Origin: a virus
Virus record (IMG/VR): IMGVR_UViG_3300050821_010487
Location: 18,336-82,335 of that record
Reading direction: 5' to 3' (one strand)
DNA length: 64,000 nucleotides
Part shown: positions 54,777 through 63,531 of the stretch, piece after piece
Numbering within the stretch: the first letter of the stretch is position 1
How the letters are laid out: each line of letters opens with the position of its first letter
Translations under genes and position numbers: made by a program
Notes under the pieces: model-generated
Databases searched by the model: none
Told to the model about the DNA's origin: nothing
The model's input: the letters and a program-made list of their open reading frames with translations, nothing else

Positions 54777-55402
54777 CCGAACCCAGGGCGATGGCTTCCC
54801 CCTCAGCCAGCGGCAAGCGCATCCTGCTCGGCGAGGGCGTCCTGGAGGTCGCCCGCGAAGAGCGCGGCACAGGCCGCTGGGGGAGCGTGATGCTCAACGT
54901 GCCTGGCAACACCTGCGCGTCCTACCCGGGCGCTCCTGAGGGCACCTGGGGCGCCCTGCGGGCAATCGTTCAGCGCATCCCTGCTGGCATTGTCCTGCGT
55001 ACCCCCTGGCGAGCTGGCGAGGAGGTTGCGCTCGGCTCCGGCTACCTGTTCACCACCGAGTTCGGCGGCTTCCCCGCGGTTGGCGTGCGTCCGCACAATG
55101 CGACTCATGCTCCCTGGCTGCATCAGCCCAGGGTCGAGAGCCTGCTGCATATGCAGGTGGCGCTGGTGTTCGACCCGGACCCGGTGAAGGCGACTCTGCG
55201 CCTGGACGAAGAGGCAGAGCCGGCCGTCCTGCCCCCGGATCACCCGGCAAGGTTCGCGACGCAGCCGGCCAGGGCCACATCCGAGCAACTCGGCGCATTC
55301 TGGGCGGAGTACTACGGCCGGCTGAGCCAGGAGGAACGCGACGCCATCGTGATCGCCCGCGGTGCGCTGACCCGGATCGCGGTAGAAGACCGCCATGGAT
55401 GA
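54773..55402 (+). CDS. Hypothetical protein
   Basis: 209 aa, coupled. Confidence 0.65.
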   Translation: MTEPRAMASPSASGKRILLGEGVLEVAREERGTGRWGSVMLNVPGNTCASYPGAPEGTWGALRAIVQRIPAGIVLRTPWRAGEEVALGSGYLFTTEFGGFPAVGVRPHNATHAPWLHQPRVESLLHMQVALVFDPDPVKATLRLDEEAEPAVLPPDHPARFATQPARATSEQLGAFWAEYYGRLSQEERDAIVIARGALTRIAVEDRHG

Positions 55403-55655
55403 GATCCAGCAGGCCGTACTGAGGGGCATCGCTACCCAGCAGGGCACGGCTACTCCCCAGGGAGTCGCCCACCACCTGAACACCAGTGGCGACGGCAGCA
55501 TCTACCCGCCGACTACCCACTACTCCTGGCAGGGCGTGGCCCGCGTGGCCGGCGAACTGGCCCGGAAGGGCCTGGTCAAGCGCCATTCCCTGCCCAAAAT
55601 GACCTGGTACGAGATCACTTCAGCCGGCCGCGAGGAGCTGGACGGCCATGGCTGA
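55395..55655 (+). CDS. Winged-helix DNA-binding protein
   Basis: ELARKGLV...WYEITSAGREEL. Confidence 0.65.
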   Translation: MDEIQQAVLRGIATQQGTATPQGVAHHLNTSGDGSIYPPTTHYSWQGVARVAGELARKGLVKRHSLPKMTWYEITSAGREELDGHG

Positions 55656-56070
55656 CCCAGCAGCCGTCATCCCCTGGCTCGATGACAGCGGCGAGGTGAT
55701 CATCAACGGCCGCCACTACGTGATTGCGATCAACGAGTTCGACTGCACCGCCGTCAAGCACTACCACTACGACAGGCACGCCGACGGCAGCCTCGGCAAC
55801 GAGCGCCACCACCACCACTCCAGCCGGTGCGCCGACATCCCCCGCCAGGCGACGCTGTACCCGCTGGACGCTGACGAGCGGCACGAGCACGAGTTCGGGC
55901 CCGGCGAGCAGCAGCCCCACACATGCACGTGCGGCGCCTGGCGCGAGCGGGCCGCGGTACGGGACGGCTCCAGCCGCAACGACGGCCGGATGTTCGCCTA
56001 CCACATGCCGCCCGACCAGGATCACCCGCAGGGCTGGAGCTACAAGCGGCGGCTCCGGGAGGACGAGTAA
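55648..56070 (+). CDS. His-rich hypothetical protein
   Basis: 140 aa, coupled. Confidence 0.6.
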   Translation: MADPAAVIPWLDDSGEVIINGRHYVIAINEFDCTAVKHYHYDRHADGSLGNERHHHHSSRCADIPRQATLYPLDADERHEHEFGPGEQQPHTCTCGAWRERAAVRDGSSRNDGRMFAYHMPPDQDHPQGWSYKRRLREDE

Positions 56071-56206
56071 TGATCATCAGCAGCACGCTCATTCCCCGCT
56101 GCTTCGAGTGCGGGGAAAAGATGTGGCAGTGGAAGTTCCTCACCGTCGGGGGCCTCCCCATCCACTGGCGCCACCTGATCGGCTTCCGCCCGTTCGAGGA
56201 GTCACG

Positions 56207-57403
56207 ATGACCGCAACCACGTTCCGTAGCGTGCTCGCCGAGCGCGAGTACCGGGCGGTGTGGGCCGCGCAGCTCGTGAGCATCGCCGGGGACCAGTTCG
56301 CCCGGATCGCCGTGAGCGTCCTGGTCTACCAGCGGACCCGCTCGCCCCTGCTGGCCGCTGCCGCGTTTGCCGCGACGGTCCTGGCGTCGTTCGCGGGCGG
56401 CCTGCTGCTCGGCTGGGTGGCCGACCGTTACCCGAAGCGGGCGGTCATGGTCACCTCTGACGTGGCCTGCACGGGGATCGTGCTGATCATGGCCATCCCT
56501 GGGGTGCCGCTGTGGGCGCTGCTGGCCCTGCTCGGCGTGGTGTCGCTGGCGTTCCAGCCGTTCCTCGCCGCGCGGATGGCAACCAACCGGGAGATCCTCG
56601 GCAAGGACCGCTTCCAGGCCGGCGTCGCCATCACGACCAGCACCTACCAGGTGGGGCAGCTCATCGGCTACAGCCTCGGCGGCGTGATCACCGCGGTGGC
56701 CGGGGTGCACGTAGCGCTGCTGATCGACGCGGCCTCGTTCGCCACCTCGGCGGTGCTGATCCGTGCCTGGGTGCGCCCCCGGCCGCCAGAAGAGCCGGCC
56801 GCCCGGCTGGAGCGGCCGGGGCTGTGGGATGGCGTGCGGCAGGTGTTCTCCTCCCCCGTGGCCCGGACCGCGCTGGCGCTGATGTGCATGGCCGCGTTCT
56901 TCGTCGTCCCGGAGGGGGTGTCGGTGCCGCTGGCCCACCAGCTCGGCGGCGGTGCTGCCACGGCCGGGCTGCTGCTGGCCGCGATGACCGCTGGCGCCGC
57001 GGCGGGGCTGCTCGGCTGGACGCGGCTTGTCCCACCGGGCACGCTGAGTCAGTTCGCCGCGCTGCTGGCGCTGACCGCCTGCGCCATGCTGGTCCCGTTT
57101 GCCTTCTCGCCGCCGCTGGGCCCGGCACTGGCCCTGCTCGCGGCCTCGGGCATCTACGCGGGGTACATCCCGTCGGTGGCCAGCTCTCTGTTCGGCGCGG
57201 TTCCCGCCGAGCACCGGGGCAAGGTGTCCGGGGTGGTCGGCGCGGGCATGGATCTCGGCCAGGGCGTCATGATCCTGGTGGCGGGCGCGGTAGCTCAGCG
57301 GCTCAGCGCTTCGGTGACGATCGCGATCATCGGCGCGGCCGGGACGGTCGTGGCGGTGCCGCTCGCCCTGGCATGGAGGAGAGTCAGCTCTCTTGCTCAT
57401 TAG
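56207..57403 (+). CDS. MFS transporter
   Basis: About 12 hydrophobic helices; GWVADRYPKR motif A; PAEHRGKVSG. Confidence 0.92.
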   Translation: MTATTFRSVLAEREYRAVWAAQLVSIAGDQFARIAVSVLVYQRTRSPLLAAAAFAATVLASFAGGLLLGWVADRYPKRAVMVTSDVACTGIVLIMAIPGVPLWALLALLGVVSLAFQPFLAARMATNREILGKDRFQAGVAITTSTYQVGQLIGYSLGGVITAVAGVHVALLIDAASFATSAVLIRAWVRPRPPEEPAARLERPGLWDGVRQVFSSPVARTALALMCMAAFFVVPEGVSVPLAHQLGGGAATAGLLLAAMTAGAAAGLLGWTRLVPPGTLSQFAALLALTACAMLVPFAFSPPLGPALALLAASGIYAGYIPSVASSLFGAVPAEHRGKVSGVVGAGMDLGQGVMILVAGAVAQRLSASVTIAIIGAAGTVVAVPLALAWRRVSSLAH

Positions 57404-57421
57404 CAAGAAACCCTGTAATGT
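57393..57421 (+). promoter_or_regulatory. Conserved phage promoter
   Basis: TTGCTC-ATTAGCAAGAAACCCTG-TAATGT. Confidence 0.85.
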
Positions 57422-57456
57422 TCCTCTTGTAAGGAACCGACGACAGGGAGGCCGAG

Positions 57457-57615
57457 ATGCGCCCGTGCACCAACGGTGACGAGACCGACGCCTTTGACTC
57501 CGGCCGCACCAAGCTCAAGTGGAACCACGGCGACCGCAAGAAGATCAAGCGCCGCGCGAACCGCCGCGAGCGCCACAGCACCCGCCAGGCCCTCCGCTCC
57601 GGCCGGGAGGCCTGA
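57457..57615 (+). CDS. 52 aa highly basic protein (not in ORF track)
   Basis: GGAGG RBS; RKKIKRRANRRERH. Confidence 0.65.
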   Translation: MRPCTNGDETDAFDSGRTKLKWNHGDRKKIKRRANRRERHSTRQALRSGREA

Positions 57616-57618
57616 CCG

Positions 57619-57990
57619 ATGACTACCCTCTTCCAGCACCTGGCCCGGATGACCCCCACCAGCCTCTACCCCGCCTCGCACTCCGCCGAGCGCGTCTACT
57701 GGGCGATCAGCCAGCTCCAGGACCCCCACGCCGAGGTGCTCCGCTGGGCCTCGAACGACAGTTGCCCGATGGACGACATGCTTGCCGCCTGGGTCACCAT
57801 CGGCGAGATCACCATCGAGCAGGCCATGGCCACCTCCGACGCCCGCGCCGGGGAGACCCAGGCCTTCCTGGCCGCCTACCGCGCGAATCCGCCGCAGCCA
57901 GACGCCGAGCAGCTCGCCGAGATGCGCAACGCCTTCGGGCCTGGCGCCATCGTCGTCAACGCCGTCACCGGCCAGAGCTGGAGGGTCTGA
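57619..57990 (+). CDS. Hypothetical phage protein
   Basis: EMRNAFGPGAIVVNAVTG tail. Confidence 0.75.
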   Translation: MTTLFQHLARMTPTSLYPASHSAERVYWAISQLQDPHAEVLRWASNDSCPMDDMLAAWVTIGEITIEQAMATSDARAGETQAFLAAYRANPPQPDAEQLAEMRNAFGPGAIVVNAVTGQSWRV

Positions 57991-57991
57991 C

Positions 57992-58189
57992 ATGGAGCAG
58001 CTCGCATTGTTCGAGGCTGACCGTCCCGTCTCCATGGAGGAGCTGCGGGCGCTGTGGGCCAAGCTGGAAACGCGCGGCGAGCTGTGGAACGGCATGACCG
58101 GTCACTACCTGGCCGAGAAGTACGGCGCCCGCCTGTATCGGGTGCGGGGCATCGGCTGGTTCGTCCGCCCAGAGAATCAGGTGGCCTGA
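57992..58189 (+). CDS. Hypothetical protein
   Basis: GGAGG RBS. Confidence 0.6.
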   Translation: MEQLALFEADRPVSMEELRALWAKLETRGELWNGMTGHYLAEKYGARLYRVRGIGWFVRPENQVA

Positions 58190-58190
58190 C

Positions 58191-58679
58191 ATGGCCCAGC
58201 GCCAGAGGTACACCCCCCTGCAGCTCCGCATCCTCAAGATGCTCACCGAGCGCGGCCCGATGAGCTGCGCCCAGATGGGCGTCTCCGCCAGGGCGCTGTG
58301 GTGGCTGCGCAGCCACGGCTTCGTCAAGGCCGCGGGGAACGCCAGCGGCCTGTGGGAGGTTACTGACGCTGGCCGCGAGATCTCCCCCAAGCCCGCCACC
58401 TGGCCCGAAGGCTTGGAGGAGGGCGGCTACCACGACATCTCGTGCCGGTGCAGCCGCCATTGCCGCAACTGCTTCGAGGACCTGGACAAGGTCCGGGCCC
58501 TGCAGATCCAGATGATCGAGGACCAGCGCCCCGGCGCCCCCGCCGAGCCGCTGAGCAAGCGTGCCGGGTACTGCTGTGGCTGGTGCCAGGGCCGGGCCCA
58601 GCGCGACCGCCAGCTCGACCGGCACCTGGCCCAGCAAGTTCCCGGCAGCCGCCCGGAAGGGCAGAGAGCCTCCCCGTGA
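58191..58679 (+). CDS. Winged-helix plus Cys-rich protein
   Basis: TPLQLRILKML...LRSHGFV...VTDAGR. Confidence 0.6.
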   Translation: MAQRQRYTPLQLRILKMLTERGPMSCAQMGVSARALWWLRSHGFVKAAGNASGLWEVTDAGREISPKPATWPEGLEEGGYHDISCRCSRHCRNCFEDLDKVRALQIQMIEDQRPGAPAEPLSKRAGYCCGWCQGRAQRDRQLDRHLAQQVPGSRPEGQRASP

Positions 58680-58689
58680 GGCTGGAAGG

Positions 58690-59298
58690 ATGACCGTGAT
58701 GAAGGAGCCCACCTCCCGCGAGCTGGCAGAGAAGATCACCGCGGGCATCCACGAGGCTGTCGTGCTCCGGATGCCCGAGGGCGCCAGCCTCACCCAGATC
58801 CACGCCCACCTGATCGCCAGCAACCTGATGGTGTCCCGCGACACGGTCGTCTTCTGGGTCCGGTCTCTCCACGACTCCGGGAAGCTCGCCTACTCTGTCC
58901 ACCATTTCTGGGTGCTCGGGCCGAACGCCTCGATCCTGCGGTGGGACAAGCCCCCGCCCGAGCTGCCCTACGAGCAGTGGGCCGCCTACCAGGCCGACAG
59001 CACGCCTCCCGGCACCTACCAGCCGAACATGAGCCCGGAGTGGATGGGCCGCTGGAAGGCGAAGATGGCCGGCCAGCGCTCGAAGAACCTCAGCGAGCTG
59101 CAGGTGGTGATCCGCAAGACCGCTGGCGGCGTCCAGGTCAAGATCATCGTCTTCCACAGCGGCGAGATGTCGATGAGCATGAACGGCACCGCACAGTTCT
59201 ACGAAACGGAGGTCGCCGAGCTGCCCCTCGTGGTCGATGAGGCCCGCCAGGCGATGAGGTTGTATGTCCGCCACCACCCTGTCAAGGAAACGGCATAG
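58690..59298 (+). CDS. Hypothetical protein
   Basis: 202 aa. Confidence 0.65.
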   Translation: MTVMKEPTSRELAEKITAGIHEAVVLRMPEGASLTQIHAHLIASNLMVSRDTVVFWVRSLHDSGKLAYSVHHFWVLGPNASILRWDKPPPELPYEQWAAYQADSTPPGTYQPNMSPEWMGRWKAKMAGQRSKNLSELQVVIRKTAGGVQVKIIVFHSGEMSMSMNGTAQFYETEVAELPLVVDEARQAMRLYVRHHPVKETA

Positions 59299-59583
59299 AT
59301 GAACCGCAAGCCCAAGCCGGTACTTCCCCCCACCCGCCACCGGAAGCGCTGGCTCGCGGTGCTGCTCTCCGGCGCGTCCAACATCGGCATCATCACGCCC
59401 TGGCTCATCGCTGGCGGCCCGGCCGGGGACGTCCACGTGATGTTCAGCCAGATGCAGAAGATCGGCTGGCTCATCACCCACACCGAGCCCGACCCCGGCC
59501 TCCAGCCGCCGCGGAAGTTCTTCGGCCTGACTCCCGAGGGACGCAGCGAGGTCATGAAGCTGCTGCACCTCGAAGAGGGCTAA
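59299..59583 (+). CDS. PadR-like winged-helix protein
   Basis: MQKIGWLI...PPRKFFGLTPEGR. Confidence 0.65.
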   Translation: MNRKPKPVLPPTRHRKRWLAVLLSGASNIGIITPWLIAGGPAGDVHVMFSQMQKIGWLITHTEPDPGLQPPRKFFGLTPEGRSEVMKLLHLEEG

Positions 59584-60752
59584 ACCATCTCCGTGACCCT
59601 CGGCCGCAGCGGCAGCGGTGGCATGATCAGCTCGATCGCCCGCCCGGCGATCTTGTCCGGAACCCGCGCCAGGCGGCTGCCTTCCTCGGTGTGCACGGTC
59701 CCCAGGCTGTCGAGGAGGACCATGTCCACCGAACCCTGCTCCGGCATGCGGTAGCCCCGCTTGTTGTCCTTGTGCACGGCCGCCAGGACATCCCGGGGCG
59801 GTATCCGGTGTTCCAGGGTCATCGGTGCGCCCACCTTGGCCAGGATCAGCCGGTGGGCATGCTCGCCGGAGGCGGCGAGGTACCCCATCTCCGCGGAGAT
59901 GCGGGCAGCGGCGAGCATGCCCAGCGCGACCGCCAGGCCGTGAGGAATCCCGCCCGGGGCGAGCAGCTCGATCGCATGGCCGATCGTGTGCCCGTACTCC
60001 AGGGCGAGGCCTGGCCCGGTTTCCCGGGGGTCCTGGCGCATCACCTTCTGCTTGGCGGTGATGCACAGCGAGATGAAGTCCGACAGCTCCCAGATGCTGT
60101 AGTCCACCTCCGGCCGCAGCCGGGCCATGGCCCACTTCATCCGCTCCGGCTCGATCGCCAGGACGTTCTTGGCCATCTCGCACAGAGCTGAACGGATCTC
60201 GTCGTCCGGCAGCGTCTTGAGGAAGTTCAGGTCCGCCCAGATGAACTCGGGTGCGTGGAACGCGCCGAGGTGGTTCTTGCCCTCGGGAGAGTTGACCGCC
60301 TGCTTGAGGCTGAGCACCGAGTCGGACATGGCCAGCAGGGTGGTGGGGATGTGGACGAGCCGGGCGCCGCGCAGGAACAGGTGGGCCAGCAGCCCGGCGA
60401 CGTTGCCGACAAGGCCGCCGCCGAGCGCGACCACGACCGACCGCCTGGTGCACCCGTCCCGGAGCGCTGCCCCGGCCAGCTCACCGACCGCTTCGAGGGT
60501 CTTCGCCTGCTCCCTGGTGGTGATCGAGTAGACGCCTGTGGGCGCGTGCAGGGTGAGGATCTCGTAGACCCTGGCCGTGTGCTTCGGGGGGAGCTTGCGG
60601 TCAACCACCAGGATGAACCGGTCGGCGTCCAGGCGCCGCAGGAGCCCGCAGAGGGTGCGGCTGTCGTTGCGGGCCCGCAGGTGGTAGCTGAACGCATGCG
60701 TCCCGAACTCGATGTGCTGGTCGAACTCGGCGGTGAGCTGAACGGTGGTCAT
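59580..60752 (-). CDS. 2-deoxy-scyllo-inosose synthase-like sugar-phosphate cyclase (BtrC-like)
   Basis: GGGLVGNVAG, PTTLLAMSDSVLSLKQAVN, GKN, CEMAKN, LEYGHTIGHAIE, HG.AV, DNKRGY; GAAGAGG RBS. Confidence 0.88.
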   Translation of the reverse strand: MTTVQLTAEFDQHIEFGTHAFSYHLRARNDSRTLCGLLRRLDADRFILVVDRKLPPKHTARVYEILTLHAPTGVYSITTREQAKTLEAVGELAGAALRDGCTRRSVVVALGGGLVGNVAGLLAHLFLRGARLVHIPTTLLAMSDSVLSLKQAVNSPEGKNHLGAFHAPEFIWADLNFLKTLPDDEIRSALCEMAKNVLAIEPERMKWAMARLRPEVDYSIWELSDFISLCITAKQKVMRQDPRETGPGLALEYGHTIGHAIELLAPGGIPHGLAVALGMLAAARISAEMGYLAASGEHAHRLILAKVGAPMTLEHRIPPRDVLAAVHKDNKRGYRMPEQGSVDMVLLDSLGTVHTEEGSRLARVPDKIAGRAIELIMPPLPLRPRVTEMV

Positions 60753-60857
60753 CGGGCGCCTCTTCCCGGTAGCTGGCAACTCCTGCCGAGCATGCGCCCG
60801 TGACCTTGCGGACAACCTTGCAGTTTTGTTGATGCCCAGGCCAGGCCCGGGAAAGGC

Positions 60858-60890
60858 CAGGGCCCCAGCCATATGCCGGCCGGGGCCCTG
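60858..60890 (-). terminator. Hairpin between small ORF and DOI synthase-like gene
   Basis: CAGGGCCCC...GGGGCCCTG 9 bp stem, GCCTTT follows on minus strand. Confidence 0.4.
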
Positions 60891-60907
60891 ATGATCGAGA
60901 GCGGCTC

Positions 60908-61099
60908 TTAGCTGCTGTCCTCCGTCTCGCACTCGGCACGCAGCCGGGCACCTGAGCAGAGGGCCGTGAACTGAGCCCTGGAAACTGTTCTGCCCCGGCG
61001 ATCTTGTGGCCTGATGAGCATTCTGAGCACAGGCTGGGTGCAGATCGCCGGCCTCCCCTCCGAGATGAGGTAGCGTTCCGCGGTCAGGTCGGGTGGCAT
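60908..61099 (-). CDS. 63 aa hypothetical protein
   Basis: AGGAGG RBS before ATG; atypical codon usage. Confidence 0.4.
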   Translation of the reverse strand: MPPDLTAERYLISEGRPAICTQPVLRMLIRPQDRRGRTVSRAQFTALCSGARLRAECETEDSS

Positions 61100-61182
61100 T
61101 GGCGCCTCCTGATCCACCTGGGGGACCACTCCCCACTGGCATGCTCAGCCGGAGACCGGCCTAAACCAGGACCAACCGGGGG

Positions 61183-62355
61183 TTACTCTGCGCAAGCGCC
61201 CGCCGGCAGCGCCTCGTGGTGGAAGTACCGCCAGAAGATTCGCCCGGCCCCCTCGGGCTCGGACACCGCGCTCGTCAGGTCGGCGGTGGCGATCATGATC
61301 CCCGGCTGCAGGCTCCAGGCGACCACCCCGATGCCCCACTGGTGCAGGCACCGCAGGTAGTTCCCCATGGTCTCGGTCGAGCGGGACCAGTCGTAGCCGC
61401 CCCGGTAGTTGGTCATCTCGCCGTTGACCACCGGGACCCCCGCTTCGGCGAGGTAGCCGAACTGGTGCCACCAGACGCGCTCGGTGGGTGCGCACTTGTT
61501 CGGCCATGGGCAGCCGGGCTTGTGAAAGGAATACACCAGGCCCTGGCACCACGCCACCCGCTGCTGGCAGGGGACCAGCGGAACGCCGCCGAGCTGGCTG
61601 CCCCAGGCCTTGCCCTCCAGCCAGAGCTGGTTCTGCGAGCCGATCGAGCGGACGTAACGGGCCAGCGGCCACATCTTCGCCTGCCACACCGCCCAGCCGC
61701 AGACCTTGGTCTGGTTCCCCTGGTTGTGCGGCTCGCAGCGGGGTTCGTTGAACAGGTCGAAGACGACCCGCGGATTGTGCCCGTAGCTCCGGGTGAAGTG
61801 GCGCCAGAAGCTGTAGGTCGCCGCGGTCGGGCCCTGCTCGTTCTCGGGGAAGCCGGTGGCGGGCTCGGTCTGCGCGTTCACGATCACGGCCAGGTGGCGG
61901 TGCAGCGCGTAGCCGATGATGTGCTGGACCGAGTGGTAGTAGCCCGGCGACCACAGGTTGCCCTTCGGGCCGACCAGCTTGTCCTGGAGGATCTGCAGCC
62001 GGATCGCGTTGCCGTGCCAGCTCTTCCACCGGGGGTGCCCTGGCGTGCTGACCGCGCGGATCTGCGACTCGGCGGACCGGGTGAACAGCAGCCAGTTCTC
62101 CAGGGAGGACAAGGCGATGGCCCGGATGCCGCCCGGCCGGGGATAGCGGGAGCAGTCGGCGACGGGGCAGATGCGGAAGCCCGCCGCGGGCGCTGTCACC
62201 GCGGGTGGAGCGAGCCTGGCAGCGGGGGAGCGGAGCACGAACGGCGTGACCGCGAAGGCGGCCAGCGCGAAGGCGACGGTGAGCCAGGCCCATCCCCCGA
62301 ACTGGCCTTTGCGGCGATGGCGGACGCGCGGCAGTGGCGCAGTGATGTCAGTCAT
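61183..62355 (-). CDS. Glycoside hydrolase family 5-like, membrane-anchored or secreted
   Basis: N-terminal TM; VVFDLFNEP (acid/base), VYSFH, PVVNGE (nucleophile), AWS. Confidence 0.82.
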   Translation of the reverse strand: MTDITAPLPRVRHRRKGQFGGWAWLTVAFALAAFAVTPFVLRSPAARLAPPAVTAPAAGFRICPVADCSRYPRPGGIRAIALSSLENWLLFTRSAESQIRAVSTPGHPRWKSWHGNAIRLQILQDKLVGPKGNLWSPGYYHSVQHIIGYALHRHLAVIVNAQTEPATGFPENEQGPTAATYSFWRHFTRSYGHNPRVVFDLFNEPRCEPHNQGNQTKVCGWAVWQAKMWPLARYVRSIGSQNQLWLEGKAWGSQLGGVPLVPCQQRVAWCQGLVYSFHKPGCPWPNKCAPTERVWWHQFGYLAEAGVPVVNGEMTNYRGGYDWSRSTETMGNYLRCLHQWGIGVVAWSLQPGIMIATADLTSAVSEPEGAGRIFWRYFHHEALPAGACAE

Positions 62356-62472
62356 GTTCCCCGCTTGAACTGGCCGAGATACGGTCACCAAATACCTTAG
62401 TAAGGAACCCTGCATTAAGTGACCGGGACCGCCCGCCTGGTGTCCGCCCCACGGAAGAAGTGGGAGGCGAGC

Positions 62473-63531
62473 ATGGCTGACGACCTGTATCCGGTGGCGC
62501 AAAAGGGCGTAGGCGTCCGTATTGCGCATGATCCGGGCGATCCTCTCATTACCTCCCATTGCCCATTTTGCGGGTCGGGACAGGTCGTAGGGCGCAGCGA
62601 TGGAACAATTAGCTGCGATTTCTGTGGGCAGGTCTATATTGTCCGGGTTCAGCCCGCGTTCCCCGGCATGCCCCAGGCACCGATGGGCCCCGGCGCCCCC
62701 TCAGACATCGGCCCCGACGGCGGCGTGCTGCCCCCCGACGCGATGGGCCCCGACGGCCTGCCCATGGGCGGCGCGGAGATGGGCCCAGACGGCGAGCCCC
62801 TGGACGACGAGGGCTTCCCGCCCGATGAGATGGACGACGAGGAGGGCGGGCCGCCCGAGGACCTCTCAGGGCCTCCTGGAGCCGCGGACGACGAGGATGC
62901 AGACGACGAGCCGCCCCCGCCCAAGAAGAAGGACAAGGGCAAGTCCAAGAAGGGCTCCCTCACCACCTACCACGGCCTCAACGGCGAGGTGCTGACCGAG
63001 AGCCAGTTCATCAGGCACCTGGCCGCAACCTTGTCCGGTGGCCACCCGGCCGTGATGGCCCAGCTCCGTGCCGAGGCAGAGGTCGGCCCGCACGCTCACT
63101 ACCCGAGCGGCCCAGAGCCGGGAGCCGGCCACTACTGCCAGCGCTGCGGCCAGGGCATCGAGCAGTCCCCCGCGGGCCACTGGGTTCCCCGCCTGAGCAA
63201 GGTGCCTCTCGACCCATCCGGGTACGCGCCGGTGTCTCCCGCGGACCGCAAGCCACGGGCTACGCCGGCACCGCAGCTCCCCCTGGCGCCGATGCACAAC
63301 CCCCGGAGAACAGCCGCGTTCCACCAGGACGCCCGCGGCCATGGCTCCGGCGCCAGCAACCCCGACCAGTGGCCGACCCAGGGCGAGGTCGTGCATCACG
63401 TCCTCCAGCGGCACCCCGAGATCCACGACGCCTTCACCCCCGAGGCCGCTGACGCCGCGCACCGGTCGATCCACGAGCACGTCCCCGAGTACCTCGACCA
63501 CGCCCACCACGACCAGGCGGCCGTGGCCTGA
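62473..63531 (+). CDS. Zinc-ribbon, low-complexity protein upstream of portal
   Basis: HCPFCGSG...CDFC; acidic/Pro-rich tract; GGAGG RBS. Confidence 0.75.
   Translation: MADDLYPVAQKGVGVRIAHDPGDPLITSHCPFCGSGQVVGRSDGTISCDFCGQVYIVRVQPAFPGMPQAPMGPGAPSDIGPDGGVLPPDAMGPDGLPMGGAEMGPDGEPLDDEGFPPDEMDDEEGGPPEDLSGPPGAADDEDADDEPPPPKKKDKGKSKKGSLTTYHGLNGEVLTESQFIRHLAATLSGGHPAVMAQLRAEAEVGPHAHYPSGPEPGAGHYCQRCGQGIEQSPAGHWVPRLSKVPLDPSGYAPVSPADRKPRATPAPQLPLAPMHNPRRTAAFHQDARGHGSGASNPDQWPTQGEVVHHVLQRHPEIHDAFTPEAADAAHRSIHEHVPEYLDHAHHDQAAVA

Noticed and set aside
32328-57421. Repeated TTAGCAAGAAACCCTG boxes as a CRISPR array or transposon ends
   Set aside because: Copies are kilobases apart, intergenic, oriented with transcription and flanked by -35/-10 boxes; no spacers, cas operon or transposase
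59580-60752. aroB (3-dehydroquinate synthase) call
   Set aside because: Signature residues follow the DOI synthase pattern, not AroB
60753-61142. 130 aa N-terminal extension of the DOIS-like ORF in the track
   Set aside because: Homology and RBS begin at ATG 60752; the extension overlaps a hairpin and a separate small ORF
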